This document shows, piece by piece, positions 42,168-52,458 of a stretch of DNA of 64,000 nucleotides. Made by a program: the position numbers and the translations under genes. Source of the stretch: an uncultured Actinomycetota bacterium (GTDB taxonomy: Bacteria; Actinomycetota; Actinomycetes; Mycobacteriales; Mycobacteriaceae); contig CAVUIH010000009.1 of the NCBI GenBank assembly GCA_963741555.1, positions 10,200 through 74,199 of the forward strand, given 5' to 3'. The first letter of the stretch is position 1. Each line of letters starts with the position of its first letter. The notes beneath the pieces were generated by a model. The model was given only the letters and a program-made list of their open reading frames with translations, was not told the origin of the DNA and ran no database searches.

Positions 42168-42974
42168 GTGCAACCACCTCCACCAGGTTCTCCCCAATGG
42201 GGCAGTCCGCCCGGCGATCCTTGGGAGCACAACGAGCCTGGATACAGCGGCCAGCCGACCCCTGAGAGTTACGGTCAGCAACCGCCTACGCCCGGGTACG
42301 GCGGGCCGACGCCCCCTGGTCCCGGGTATCCACCGGCCGGTTACGGTCAGCAGCCCGGCTACAACTCCCCGCCGTGGGGCGGATACGGTGCGCCGATTCC
42401 GGCCCCGACGTCTCAGCAGAAAATCGGCTGGATCACTTTCGCCGTCGTCGGATTGCTGGGGTTGCTCGGCGCCGTCCTCACACTGACCCTGTGGATCAAT
42501 CTCGACAGCGCCGTCAACCGGGCCGGCGAAATGTGCAATCGGTTCAGCGGCGAGTACGCCAGTTCGTGCCGGCAGTCGGTCAAGAGCCTGGTCCCCACGC
42601 TTCCGGCCGTGCTGGTGGTCTGCCTGTTCCTGATCATCGGGGCCAATCTTGCGGCGACCGCTGGCGCGGTGATGCTCTTCCTCAAGAAACAACTGGGGCA
42701 ATTTCTGATCCTCGGCGGCGGCATCGTGATGCTCATTCTGTCGATAGGTTGCGAGGCTCGTTACGGAGCCACCAGTCGCGTCACCTACGACCTGATTGCC
42801 GGCCTGGTCGTCGCCGTAGTCGGCGGCCTCATGTTCGTGCCGGCTTTTCGGCTGCTGCTGGGACTGCCGCCGAAACTGACCGCCGGCCCCGGACCGGGCG
42901 GCGGGCAATGGCCATACGGTCCCCCACAGCCGCCGCCGTACGGACCGCCGGCACCTCCGCCGCAACAGTGGTGA
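42168..42974 (+). CDS. Pro/Gly/Tyr-rich four-TM membrane protein
   Basis: TACGAT -10 box just before GTG 42168; 4 hydrophobic helices; Cys pair in first loop. Confidence 0.7.
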   Translation: MQPPPPGSPQWGSPPGDPWEHNEPGYSGQPTPESYGQQPPTPGYGGPTPPGPGYPPAGYGQQPGYNSPPWGGYGAPIPAPTSQQKIGWITFAVVGLLGLLGAVLTLTLWINLDSAVNRAGEMCNRFSGEYASSCRQSVKSLVPTLPAVLVVCLFLIIGANLAATAGAVMLFLKKQLGQFLILGGGIVMLILSIGCEARYGATSRVTYDLIAGLVVAVVGGLMFVPAFRLLLGLPPKLTAGPGPGGGQWPYGPPQPPPYGPPAPPPQQW

Positions 42975-42984
42975 GCCCTAGTCG

Positions 42985-44367
42985 ATGACGCACTCACGGC
43001 GCGACAATGTGCTGCTCGTGCATTGGCACGACCTCGGTCGGTATCTCGGCGTCTACGGTCATGCAGACGTCTCGAGTCCGCGACTCGACCAGTTGGCCGC
43101 CGAGGGCATCCTGTTCACCAGTGCGCATGCCACGGCGCCACTGTGCTCACCCTCGCGCGGATCGCTGTTCACCGGCCGCTACCCGCAGAGCAACGGACTT
43201 GTCGGGCTGGCCCACCATGGTTGGGAATATCGTTCGGACGTCCGGACGCTTCCGCAGATCCTCACTGAAAATGGTTGGTATTCAGTGCTGTTCGGCATGC
43301 AGCATGAGACGTCGTACCCGTCGAGGCTGGGCTTCGACGAATTCGACGTGTCGAACTCGTTCTGTGAATACGTGGTGGAACGGGCTCAGCAATGGCTGCG
43401 CGACGACGACGGTAGCCGGCCATTCCTGTTGACAGCAGGCTTTTTCGAGACGCACCGACCCTATTCGCGGGAGCGCTACGAGCCGGCCGACGCCGCCGCT
43501 GTCGATCCACCCGACTATTTGCCGGATACCGTTGAGGTACGCCAAGATCTGGCCGAGTTCTACGGATCCATCAGCACAGCGGACGCCGCAGTCGGGCGGA
43601 TCTTGGACACGCTGGCCGACACCGGACTGGACGCCAGCACTTGGGTGATTTTCCTCACCGACCACGGCGCACCCTTCCCGCGGGCGAAGTCCACGCTCTA
43701 CGAGGCCGGGACCGGAATCGCGATGATCATCCGCCCGCCCACTCAGATGGCAGCGGCGCCAATGGTTTACGACGACCTCTTCAGCGGCGTAGACCTGGTC
43801 CCGACGCTGCTGGAATTGCTTGGTGTGGCGGAACCCGCTGACGTCGAGGGTATCTCGCACGCGAAGGCAATTCTTGCGTCGGACCGCAGCGAGCCGGTAC
43901 GCGATCACGTGTACACCAGCAAGACCTACCACGACTCGTTCGATCCGATCCGCGCCATCCGCACGAAAGAGTTCAGCTACATCGAGAACTACGCGCGTCG
44001 GCCGCTGCTGGACCTGCCATGGGATATCGAGGAAAGCCCATCCGGCCACGCCGTCGCACCGCTGGTCACCGCGCCCCGCGCGGAACGGGAGCTCTACGAC
44101 CTGCGCGCCGATCCCACCGAGACCAACAACCTCCTGACCGGAGACGATCTTGACGGAGCCGACCTGGTCGCCGCCGATCTCGCTGTCCGCCTGCATGATT
44201 GGCGTCAACGCACACATGACGTCATTCCATCCGACTTCGCCGGCAGCCGGATCGCGGCGCGCTACACCGAGACGTACCTGAGGATTCACGACAAGGCTCC
44301 GACGAGTCGTTCGGCGATCGCCGGCGACCGTGGCATCGAGGACGAAGTCGGTCAGACCGAACGGTAG
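42985..44367 (+). CDS. atsG: Sulfatase (Rv0296c orthologue)
   Basis: HWHDLG, CSPSRGSLFTG formylglycine motif, TDHG. Confidence 0.9.
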   Translation: MTHSRRDNVLLVHWHDLGRYLGVYGHADVSSPRLDQLAAEGILFTSAHATAPLCSPSRGSLFTGRYPQSNGLVGLAHHGWEYRSDVRTLPQILTENGWYSVLFGMQHETSYPSRLGFDEFDVSNSFCEYVVERAQQWLRDDDGSRPFLLTAGFFETHRPYSRERYEPADAAAVDPPDYLPDTVEVRQDLAEFYGSISTADAAVGRILDTLADTGLDASTWVIFLTDHGAPFPRAKSTLYEAGTGIAMIIRPPTQMAAAPMVYDDLFSGVDLVPTLLELLGVAEPADVEGISHAKAILASDRSEPVRDHVYTSKTYHDSFDPIRAIRTKEFSYIENYARRPLLDLPWDIEESPSGHAVAPLVTAPRAERELYDLRADPTETNNLLTGDDLDGADLVAADLAVRLHDWRQRTHDVIPSDFAGSRIAARYTETYLRIHDKAPTSRSAIAGDRGIEDEVGQTER

Positions 44368-44420
44368 TTCGATGTTCGGCGTGAATACAGGTCCGTCAGG
44401 GCGCGTATTAGGCTCACCGG

Positions 44421-45224
44421 ATGCCCGAGCATCCGACCTCCTACCTCGTGCTCGCATCGCAACGCTGTGGCAGCACTCTGCTGGTCGAATCGTTGCGTGC
44501 GACAGGCAGCGCCGGGGAACCGCAGGAGTTCTTCCAGTACCTGCCGACGACGGGGCTGTCACCGCAGCCGCGACAGTGGTTCGCCGACGTCGAAGACGAG
44601 ACGGTGCTGGAATTGCTCGATCCGCTGGAGCCCGGGACGCCGGATACCGCGTCGTCGGTCGCCTGGCGGGAGCACATTCGCAGTTCAGGCCGGACCCCCA
44701 ACGGTGTCTGGGGCGGGAAGTTGATGTGGAACCAGACGCCGTTGCTGGAGCATCGGGCCGCGTCGTTGCCCGATCGATCCGGCGACGGTCTGCGGGCGGC
44801 TATCCGGGACGTGATTGGAAGCGAGCCGGTCTACGTTCACGTCTACCGGCCGGACGTGGTCTCACAGGCGGTGTCATTCTGGCGGGCCGTGCAGACGCGG
44901 GTGTGGCGGGGCCGCCCGGACCCGGCACGTGACTCGCGGGCCGCGTACCACGCCGGGGCGATCGCCCATGTCGTCTCGATGCTGCGGGAGCAGGAGGAGT
45001 GCTGGCGCAGCTGGTTCGCCGCTGAGCGCATCGAACCGATCGATGTGAGCTACCCGGTGTTATGGCGCAACCTGAGCTCGATCGTTGCCACGGTGTTGGA
45101 GGCCGTGGGCCAAGATCCTCGGCTGGCTCCGGCGCCCGCGCTGGAGCGCCAAGCCGACGAGCGCTCCGATGAGTGGGTAGACCGCTACCATGGCGACGCA
45201 ACGAAATTGGGCCTGCCGGTGTAG
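44421..45224 (+). CDS. stf0: Trehalose 2-sulfotransferase
   Basis: [40 protein letters not shown]. Confidence 0.93.
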   Translation: MPEHPTSYLVLASQRCGSTLLVESLRATGSAGEPQEFFQYLPTTGLSPQPRQWFADVEDETVLELLDPLEPGTPDTASSVAWREHIRSSGRTPNGVWGGKLMWNQTPLLEHRAASLPDRSGDGLRAAIRDVIGSEPVYVHVYRPDVVSQAVSFWRAVQTRVWRGRPDPARDSRAAYHAGAIAHVVSMLREQEECWRSWFAAERIEPIDVSYPVLWRNLSSIVATVLEAVGQDPRLAPAPALERQADERSDEWVDRYHGDATKLGLPV

Positions 45225-45233
45225 CCCGCGGCT

Positions 45234-46001
45234 TCAGCCGCCGACCTGCGCGACGAAAAACACCCGTCGGAAAGGGAAGAACGTGATCCCGTCCGGACGC
45301 GGTGGATAGGCTTCGGCGAGCAGCGGGATCAATTCTTGGCGAAAGTGTTGGTATTGCTCATCATTGAGTTGCTCGCGCACCGGCAGCAGTGCGGTGCCGC
45401 TGATCCAATCCAGCACCGGGTGCTCGCCGCTGAGTTGGTGTTCGTAGGTCGTCTCCCATGCTTCGATGGTGCACCCGGCGTCGATCAGCAGCTCTGCGTA
45501 GCGAGCGGGCATGTCGACCACGGTGCCCACTCGAAACGGGACTTCCCGCAGGGCCTTTGCGAACGGCTCGCGTCTGGCCACCGCGCGCACCGCGGCGTGC
45601 GAAGGGCTTTCGAAATTGCCCGGCATCTGGATGGCGATCCACGACCCGGCAGCCAGTTGCCCGGCCCATCGGACGAAGAGCTCGCGATGTTCAGGCACCC
45701 AATGCATGACGGCATTGCTCAGCACTACATCGGTATCAGGTTGCGGCGTCCAGGTTCCCACGTCTCCAACCGACGCGTCCACGCCCAGCTCTCGGGCGGC
45801 GTGCACCATCTCCGGTGAGCTGTCCACTGCCTCGATCACCGCGTCCGGCCAGCGCCGGGCCAACTGGACGGTCAGGTTGCCGGCGCCGCAGCCCAGATCC
45901 ACAACCCGACGCGGTGTCTGTGCGCCTACCCGGGACAGCAGGTCGACGAACGGGCGGCCCCGATGATCGGCGAAGGTGAGGTACACATCCGGATCCCACA
46001 T
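45234..46001 (-). CDS. tam: trans-aconitate 2-methyltransferase
   Basis: [33 protein letters not shown]. Confidence 0.93.
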   Translation of the reverse strand: MWDPDVYLTFADHRGRPFVDLLSRVGAQTPRRVVDLGCGAGNLTVQLARRWPDAVIEAVDSSPEMVHAARELGVDASVGDVGTWTPQPDTDVVLSNAVMHWVPEHRELFVRWAGQLAAGSWIAIQMPGNFESPSHAAVRAVARREPFAKALREVPFRVGTVVDMPARYAELLIDAGCTIEAWETTYEHQLSGEHPVLDWISGTALLPVREQLNDEQYQHFRQELIPLLAEAYPPRPDGITFFPFRRVFFVAQVGG

Positions 46002-46086
46002 GGCGCTCCTCCTGTTCAACGGCCTGCGCGGCGACTGATAGACAAAGGTATTACCCGTTGCCTGCCGGACGAGTCGAGGATGGACC

Positions 46087-46992
46087 ATGACCCACGACGA
46101 CGAAGTCGCCGAAGTACGACGGATCTGGTCTGCGCTGGACTTACCCGGTGTGATCGACGTGCACACCCACTTCATGCCGAAATCGGTGATGGACAAAGTG
46201 TGGAATTACTTCGACTCCGCGGGTCCACTCGTCGGTCGCGAATGGCCGATCGCCTACCGCACGGCCGAGTCCGAACGCCTGCAGACGTTGCGGCAGTTCG
46301 GTGTCCGTGGGTTCACCGCTCTGGTCTATGCCCACAAGCCGCAGATGGCGGCGTGGCTGAATCAGTGGGCGCTCCAATTCCGCCGGTCGACGCCGGAGTG
46401 CCTTGCTACCGCCACGTTTTACCCCGAACCAGATGCGGGCGACTACGTCGGCGCCGCGATCCGCGACGGGGCTCAGGTCTTCAAAGCTCATATCCAAGTG
46501 GGCCGGTACGAGCCCAACGATCCGCTGCTCGACCCGGTCTGGGGAGCCATCGAAGACGCCCGGATACCCGTCGTCATTCACTGCGGCTCCGGGCCGGTGC
46601 CGGGCGAGCACACCGGACCTCAGCCGATACGGCGGCTGCTGCGACGGTACCCGCGGCTGCGGTTGGTCATCGCGCACATGGGAATGCCGGAGTACGCGGA
46701 GTTTCTCGACATCTGCGAGGCCTCGGTCGACGTGCGGCTCGACACCACAATGGCTTTCACCCCGTTCGTCGACGAGACCATGCCGTTCCCGCCGGCGCAG
46801 CTGCGTCGGTTGCCGCAGTTGGGTGATCGCATCCTGTTCGGCAGCGACTTCCCCAACATCCCTTACGGCTACCCCGAAGCGATGCGAGCGATCACCCAGA
46901 TACCCGGCATCGACGACAGCTGGCTGCGCGCAGTGTTCTACGGCAACGCGGCCGCGCTGTTCTCGATCACCGACGAGGCAGCCGAAAGCTAA
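46087..46992 (+). CDS. Amidohydrolase_2 family protein
   Basis: IDVHTH, VVIHCG, IAHMG, LFGSDFP. Confidence 0.9.
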   Translation: MTHDDEVAEVRRIWSALDLPGVIDVHTHFMPKSVMDKVWNYFDSAGPLVGREWPIAYRTAESERLQTLRQFGVRGFTALVYAHKPQMAAWLNQWALQFRRSTPECLATATFYPEPDAGDYVGAAIRDGAQVFKAHIQVGRYEPNDPLLDPVWGAIEDARIPVVIHCGSGPVPGEHTGPQPIRRLLRRYPRLRLVIAHMGMPEYAEFLDICEASVDVRLDTTMAFTPFVDETMPFPPAQLRRLPQLGDRILFGSDFPNIPYGYPEAMRAITQIPGIDDSWLRAVFYGNAAALFSITDEAAES

Positions 46993-46995
46993 CTA

Positions 46996-47985
46996 CTACT
47001 GCGTGATTGGCTGCGGCTGAGCGGTGCTGGCCCAGCGCAGTCGCTCCAGCAACAGAGCCTCGGGCAATGCGACGTGACCGTCGAGCCGCTGACTCGACAA
47101 CGGGTCCAGAGCGCTTAGCGCCGCGCGCTGAATTCCGGCCTGCGATATCAGCCCGGGAAGCGGACCGGTCGCGCCGGGTGCCGCGTCGGTGCGGAACGCG
47201 CACCCGACGGCCAGGGTCTGGTCGGCCCCGGCACCGGCGACTTCGAGCACCGTCCAGACCTCGCGGACCGGGTAGGACCAGATCGCCGCGAGCGTGTTCG
47301 GCAACGCCGTGTCGATCTTGACCCGATGCGCGGCAATGTAATCCGTGCTGCCCAGGCTGATCCCCGACCAGGTCTCGCGGGCCGACCGCGGATAGGGCGT
47401 CGGAACGTCGTCGGGGGCCGCGAGGGACGCCGTCCAGCCGCTCTCCCGCAGGTGGTCGGCGAGCCGACGGGCCGCCACCTCGGCGGTCTCCTGTAGCGGG
47501 ATCTGCGGCGAACGGGCTTGCAGTGCTACAAGATTGTCGGCGGCAGACAAGGTCACGCCGATCCAGGTCTCACGCTCTCGGGTGCCGACTTCGGATGTGC
47601 TGTCGCGGCTGGTGATCCGAATGGCCTCCGCGTGCAGGCCGTAGCGTTCGGCGTAGCCGGCGATCAGCGGCAGCGGCAGCGCGTCCGCATCGGACATGGG
47701 CGGGGCGACGCGCAGCAACGCGGTTGTCCGCACGTCGATGACCGAGTCGTCGGGCCGACGAATGCCCCGGTTGGGCCGCAGGATCGCCAGTCGGCGATAC
47801 AGGATCGTCGTCACCGCCAGTCCCCGCCAGCGCGCCAACAGCACGACCACCGCAGCGATCGCGACGCCGAGCACCCAGCGCTCGCGGACGGAATGCCACG
47901 GGAAGGCGAGGGCAGCGGCCGCAACGGCCAGCAACACCAGGGTCATCCGCCCGGTGGGCGGAGATATCGATTGCGTCGCACTCAC
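46996..47985 (-). CDS. eccE3: ESX-3 component EccE3
   Basis: Two N-terminal TMs, RITSRD, ALQARSPQIPL; last gene of the ESX cluster. Confidence 0.9.
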   Translation of the reverse strand: MSATQSISPPTGRMTLVLLAVAAAALAFPWHSVRERWVLGVAIAAVVVLLARWRGLAVTTILYRRLAILRPNRGIRRPDDSVIDVRTTALLRVAPPMSDADALPLPLIAGYAERYGLHAEAIRITSRDSTSEVGTRERETWIGVTLSAADNLVALQARSPQIPLQETAEVAARRLADHLRESGWTASLAAPDDVPTPYPRSARETWSGISLGSTDYIAAHRVKIDTALPNTLAAIWSYPVREVWTVLEVAGAGADQTLAVGCAFRTDAAPGATGPLPGLISQAGIQRAALSALDPLSSQRLDGHVALPEALLLERLRWASTAQPQPITQ

Positions 47986-49376
47986 AGCGAGGCTTCCTTT
48001 CGTCGTCGTGCGGCGATCGTGGCGGCCGCTGCGACGGCCACGATGAGCGCGGCTGTCCCACCGAACGCGACGATCCGCGGCGCGAGGCTCTTCGGTGCCG
48101 GTTCGGGCGGCGCCGCAACATGTTTCACCGGTGATGCATCGGTATTCGTGGTGGCGGGAAGCTGCCAGGTCAGCGCCGCAACCGGGTCGACGGTGCCGGC
48201 GCCGACGACGTTGGACGGCGCCCGTGCGCCATTGTGGGCGGTTGCGGTGATGCGATGGATCACCTCGGTCGGCTTGAGCTCCGGGTACTTGCTGCGGACC
48301 AACGCGGCGACGCCGGAGACATATCCGGCCGCATAGCTGGTGCCGACGAGCGGCACTAACTGCTGGTGCTCGTTCGGCGTCCCGTTGGCCAGTCCCCCGT
48401 CGTCACGGTTGCTCACCGAGACGATGTTCTCCCCTGGCGCGGCGATGCCCACCCACGGGCCGGCCATGGTGAATTTCGACGGCTGGTCGCCCGCTGTCAG
48501 TGAGCCCGCCGACAGCACGTAGGGCTGCCACCAGGATGGCACCGACACCGACGTCACACCCGCCCAGTTGCGGGGATCGTCGGGACGACCCAAGTCGGTG
48601 AGGGGGTTGGACTCACACGCCGTCCCGCCGGACGCCGATCCGGTGGAACCGCTGTTGCCTGCGGCCGCGACGATCACCGCGTCCTTGTCGACGGCCGCAT
48701 AGCGGATCGCCGCACCCAGCGCGCCCTGGTCGATGTTGCGGTCGGCGGGCAGGCAGGTGATTCCCGAGACGACGATCACCCGGGCGCCGAGGTCGGCCGC
48801 GTGCACGATCGCCCGGCCCAGCGCGGTCACGTCGACGGTCGCCCGCGCCACGGTGGGGTCGCCACCGGCAGCGCGCGCCGAGAACTTCGCCGACGTCACA
48901 CGCAACGACACCAGCCTTGCCGCAGGGGCGATTCCGGCGAAGCCGTCGTCACCGGGCTGACCGGCGATCAGGCCGGCAACCGCGGTCCCACGTCCGTCGC
49001 AGTCGGTGAGGCCGTCGGTCGCCTCGATGTAGTCACCGCCCGGTTGCACACCGGGTAGCCGCGGTCCCGGCCGCACCCCGGTGTCCAGAACGGCGACCAG
49101 TTGCCCGTCGCCGCGGGAGAACCGCCATGCCGCAGAGGGATCCAGCAGCCGCTGACTCTGCGTCGGGGCGCTGAAGTCGGTACCCGCGACGGCACCGGTC
49201 ACACTGCACTCGCCGTTCTTCTCCATCGGCGCAACCGGTCCGGGCGCACCGTTCGGCGGCGCCGCACCCGGGTCGACCTGCGGGCGACTGATCGCCTGCG
49301 CAGGCGGGCAGGTCCACAGCGCAGCAACGAGAATTGCTGCGAGGCAACCGGATCGGCGGGTGTGGGCAAAGCTCAT
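47982..49376 (-). CDS. mycP3: Mycosin-3 subtilisin-like protease (catalytic His replaced by Arg)
   Basis: Signal peptide, VLDTGV, DCDGRGT, GTSYAA, C-terminal TM. Confidence 0.93.
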   Translation of the reverse strand: MSFAHTRRSGCLAAILVAALWTCPPAQAISRPQVDPGAAPPNGAPGPVAPMEKNGECSVTGAVAGTDFSAPTQSQRLLDPSAAWRFSRGDGQLVAVLDTGVRPGPRLPGVQPGGDYIEATDGLTDCDGRGTAVAGLIAGQPGDDGFAGIAPAARLVSLRVTSAKFSARAAGGDPTVARATVDVTALGRAIVHAADLGARVIVVSGITCLPADRNIDQGALGAAIRYAAVDKDAVIVAAAGNSGSTGSASGGTACESNPLTDLGRPDDPRNWAGVTSVSVPSWWQPYVLSAGSLTAGDQPSKFTMAGPWVGIAAPGENIVSVSNRDDGGLANGTPNEHQQLVPLVGTSYAAGYVSGVAALVRSKYPELKPTEVIHRITATAHNGARAPSNVVGAGTVDPVAALTWQLPATTNTDASPVKHVAAPPEPAPKSLAPRIVAFGGTAALIVAVAAAATIAARRRKEASL

Positions 49377-50794
49377 CGATTGAGCACCACATCGAAGAGT
49401 CCGACAAGGTACGCGATCACCGGAATCAACGACGCGTCGATACCCGACGCGACGAAACCCACCAACCGGCGCAGCGGCAGCGAGTAACTGTCCGGCGACG
49501 CGATCGACGGGCTCAATGCCACCACGACCCACGCCGATACCAGGGCGGCGAGAACGACGACGGCGATCAGCGCGGCCAGGTAGTGCGCGGTCGCGGTGTA
49601 GAGCACCGCCAGCGCCACGGCCACCAGATACGGCTGAGCCAACAGCCACGCCTTGCATGCGGCCGAGTCCCACACCCGGGCCCGCAGCGCTGCCGCGGCC
49701 GACGTTGCGGCGACGACATACCAGCCCCAGCCGGACAGGGTGTGCGGCTGCCAGGCAATCGCCAATGATCCCAGCGCGCTGAGCAATACGGCCCCCGCGA
49801 TGAATCCGGTCTGGTGCGCGTCGCTGATCCGGACCCGTCGCGGCAAGTCGGCGAGCACTCGCGACGACGGCGCCGACGGCGTCGGGTCGCCGGGTGCCGG
49901 GATGACCGGCAGCGGGAAGCGGGCCCACAGCGCGGACAATTGCGGGGCTTCGACGGTGACGAGCAAGGCCACCACGATCAGCACAGCGCCCAGGCTCGCC
50001 AACGGCAGTTGCCACAGCGATTTCGCACCGGCGGCCACGAGCAAACCCCCACCCACGACTGCGGTCGCGGTGAAAAGCCCAATGGCACCATCGCTTTCAC
50101 GGCGGGGAAGGATCAAGCTGATCAACGACCACGCGGTGACGCCGGCGGCGGCCAACGTGATCTGTGCCGCGCCGAAGCTGCCCGGCACCGCCAGGGCCAG
50201 CGCCGCGGCGACCGGGACCAACGCTGCCGCGGACAGCGCCGCAGCGGCACGCGGTGACCGCGAGGCGAAGCCGGCAACCACAGCGAGCACGGCGAGTGCG
50301 GCGACGGCGAAAAGCCCGATCGGCGAACCAGTGATCAGCCGATGGGTAACGCCGAGACCTGTTCCCGTCCAGAGTAATCCGACGAGTCCCGCAATTGCGC
50401 CGCGCTGGATGTGCGTAGACCCCCACGGCTTCAACCGCGACGTCGAGAAGATGACCGCCGCGTCGGCGATGTCCTCGACGATGCCCGGGGCGGCAGGCCC
50501 GGCCGGGACGGGTTGCAGCGCCAGCAGATCGCCGTCGACGACGCCGACCGTTCCCAGACTGGCGTCAAGGCTGAACGGCGCACCGCCGATCGGCGCGAGG
50601 CTGAGCCGCACGGGTGTCGTCGGGTCGGCCGTCGCGCTGCCGTTGACGACGTCGTCGGAGACGGCGGGAACGACCAGACGCTCCACTGCGGGCAGGATTT
50701 CGCGCAGTGGAAGATCGGCGGGCAGCGCTATTTCGGTCAGCCGACTGTCGGCGAGGATCGCGACCCGCACGATGGGTATCACGGCGCTGGACAT
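49373..50794 (-). CDS. eccD3: ESX-3 component EccD3
   Basis: Ubiquitin-like N-domain (SLGTVGVVDGDLL), many TMs, PVIPAPGDP. Confidence 0.93.
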   Translation of the reverse strand: MSSAVIPIVRVAILADSRLTEIALPADLPLREILPAVERLVVPAVSDDVVNGSATADPTTPVRLSLAPIGGAPFSLDASLGTVGVVDGDLLALQPVPAGPAAPGIVEDIADAAVIFSTSRLKPWGSTHIQRGAIAGLVGLLWTGTGLGVTHRLITGSPIGLFAVAALAVLAVVAGFASRSPRAAAALSAAALVPVAAALALAVPGSFGAAQITLAAAGVTAWSLISLILPRRESDGAIGLFTATAVVGGGLLVAAGAKSLWQLPLASLGAVLIVVALLVTVEAPQLSALWARFPLPVIPAPGDPTPSAPSSRVLADLPRRVRISDAHQTGFIAGAVLLSALGSLAIAWQPHTLSGWGWYVVAATSAAAALRARVWDSAACKAWLLAQPYLVAVALAVLYTATAHYLAALIAVVVLAALVSAWVVVALSPSIASPDSYSLPLRRLVGFVASGIDASLIPVIAYLVGLFDVVLNR

Positions 50795-50866
50795 CACTGA
50801 CTCCTCGAGCTTCTGCGCGACATTGCTTCTCTTTCTCTTGGTGAATTGCTGATGTTCTGGGAAGGG

Positions 50867-51739
50867 TTACACGGCCTGCGGATTGGGCTGCGTAGTGAAA
50901 TCTCTGGACAGCCGGTTCCCCTCGAACCACTGGCCGTCCGGTAACTGCCCGGTGAGCTGCTCGACGGCGACGCCGATGGCGAACGGAGTTCCGGGGCTGA
51001 ACGTGGAGATCCATTCGCCGTCGAACGCGCGCGATGGGCTGACCAGAACTCGGCCCGCCGTGGTGTCGACGATGCTCATGCCCACTTCGGTGCTGGCGTG
51101 CCGGCCGTCGTGGTGACAGCCGGCCACGATCTCCACGTAGCTGCGCGGTCCGGTGAAGACCGACTCGACCACAGCACGCGCAGACTTCGGGATGCACAGG
51201 TAGTCAAGGACTTCAGTGACCGATGCGCCGTTGCGCAGTCGCTCGTCGGCCCGTGCGCCGACCTGGGCGGGCAGGCTGAATTCGTTGAAGCGCGCAGGTG
51301 GGCGCTGCGCCAGCCCGACGCCGAGCACTGGCACCAGAGCGCGGGCGTCGTGGATGTCCATCACCGTGAATGTCACCAGCTGCGCGTTGCGAAGGGCCAC
51401 AACCGTTTTACCGCCGCGCTGCGCGATGATTCCGCGCAACAGCTCGTCACGACCGTCGGCGGCCGCCGGCCCCACGAAGCGCAGATCCAGCCACCGCTCC
51501 GGGAAGCAGACCACCCGGATCCAGTCGGCCACCTCCGCGTTGACGACGCCATCGGCCGAGATCATGTCCATCCGAGTCAGTTCTGCGTTCTGCCGACCGA
51601 GAAACGCAGCCCGCTCCGCGGCATCACTGTATGGCGTGGTGATCGCCAAAACCCATGGGAACGTTCCCGCTCCCACGGTTTCGGCGATGAACCACGCCTG
51701 ATCGACAGTGAGCTCGACGGCGTTGGGCTTGGCAGTCAT
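50867..51739 (-). CDS. espG3: ESX-3 chaperone EspG3
   Basis: [38 protein letters not shown]. Confidence 0.93.
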   Translation of the reverse strand: MTAKPNAVELTVDQAWFIAETVGAGTFPWVLAITTPYSDAAERAAFLGRQNAELTRMDMISADGVVNAEVADWIRVVCFPERWLDLRFVGPAAADGRDELLRGIIAQRGGKTVVALRNAQLVTFTVMDIHDARALVPVLGVGLAQRPPARFNEFSLPAQVGARADERLRNGASVTEVLDYLCIPKSARAVVESVFTGPRSYVEIVAGCHHDGRHASTEVGMSIVDTTAGRVLVSPSRAFDGEWISTFSPGTPFAIGVAVEQLTGQLPDGQWFEGNRLSRDFTTQPNPQAV

Positions 51740-51807
51740 CTACCCTGCGGACCCACCCGCCATGCTGTGCGCCATGAGCCGTCCTGCAACCCGTGCCGTG
51801 GAGCGGA

Positions 51808-52098
51808 CTAGCCGCCCCACTTGGCGCCTTCGGCCTGATCGCGGGCCAGCATCGAGGTGGTGTTGTTCTCGTGCGTACCGGCCATCGCACGATAAGACAG
51901 CACCAGCTGCTCCATCGCCTGATTCCACTGCGCCTGCCACGCCTGATAACTCATCCCGGTGTCACCCTGCCAGCCGGCCTGCAACGCGGCCTGCTCACTG
52001 GAAATGTCGGCACCCAAGCTCTGCAGCGTGCCCGCATAACCGGCCATATCCGCCGAATGCGCCATCATCGCCGGGTAGTTGTACATGATCTGCGACAT
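51808..52098 (-). CDS. esxH: EsxH (TB10.4-like WXG100 protein)
   Basis: [26 protein letters not shown]. Confidence 0.96.
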   Translation of the reverse strand: MSQIMYNYPAMMAHSADMAGYAGTLQSLGADISSEQAALQAGWQGDTGMSYQAWQAQWNQAMEQLVLSYRAMAGTHENNTTSMLARDQAEGAKWGG

Positions 52099-52117
52099 CA
52101 CAAAACCTTTCGTCTGC

Positions 52118-52411
52118 TCAGAAGCCCGGGTAGCTGCTCGCCGCAGCACTGTCAGCGGCCACATAAGTGCCCGCCGCATCACCAAGGTTGGCCTGCGCGA
52201 TGTCCAACAACGAGTTCACCTTGGCCGCCGCCGCCACAAACCGCGCATGCGCAGCCTGAAACGCCGCCGCACCATCACCAGCGAAATACGCCTGCGACGC
52301 CATCGCCTCCTGCTCAGCCTGACCGATCGTCGACCGCATCAACCCCGCCTTGGCACCAAACGCCGACTGCGACGCCACCAACTGCGGAATATGCGCATCC
52401 AACATGCTCAT
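52118..52411 (-). CDS. esxG: EsxG (TB9.8-like)
   Basis: [28 protein letters not shown] secretion signal. Confidence 0.95.
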   Translation of the reverse strand: MSMLDAHIPQLVASQSAFGAKAGLMRSTIGQAEQEAMASQAYFAGDGAAAFQAAHARFVAAAAKVNSLLDIAQANLGDAAGTYVAADSAAASSYPGF

Positions 52412-52458
52412 CCCTGAAATCCTTTCGTCGATTGATTACCGTTGCGACACGAACACAC

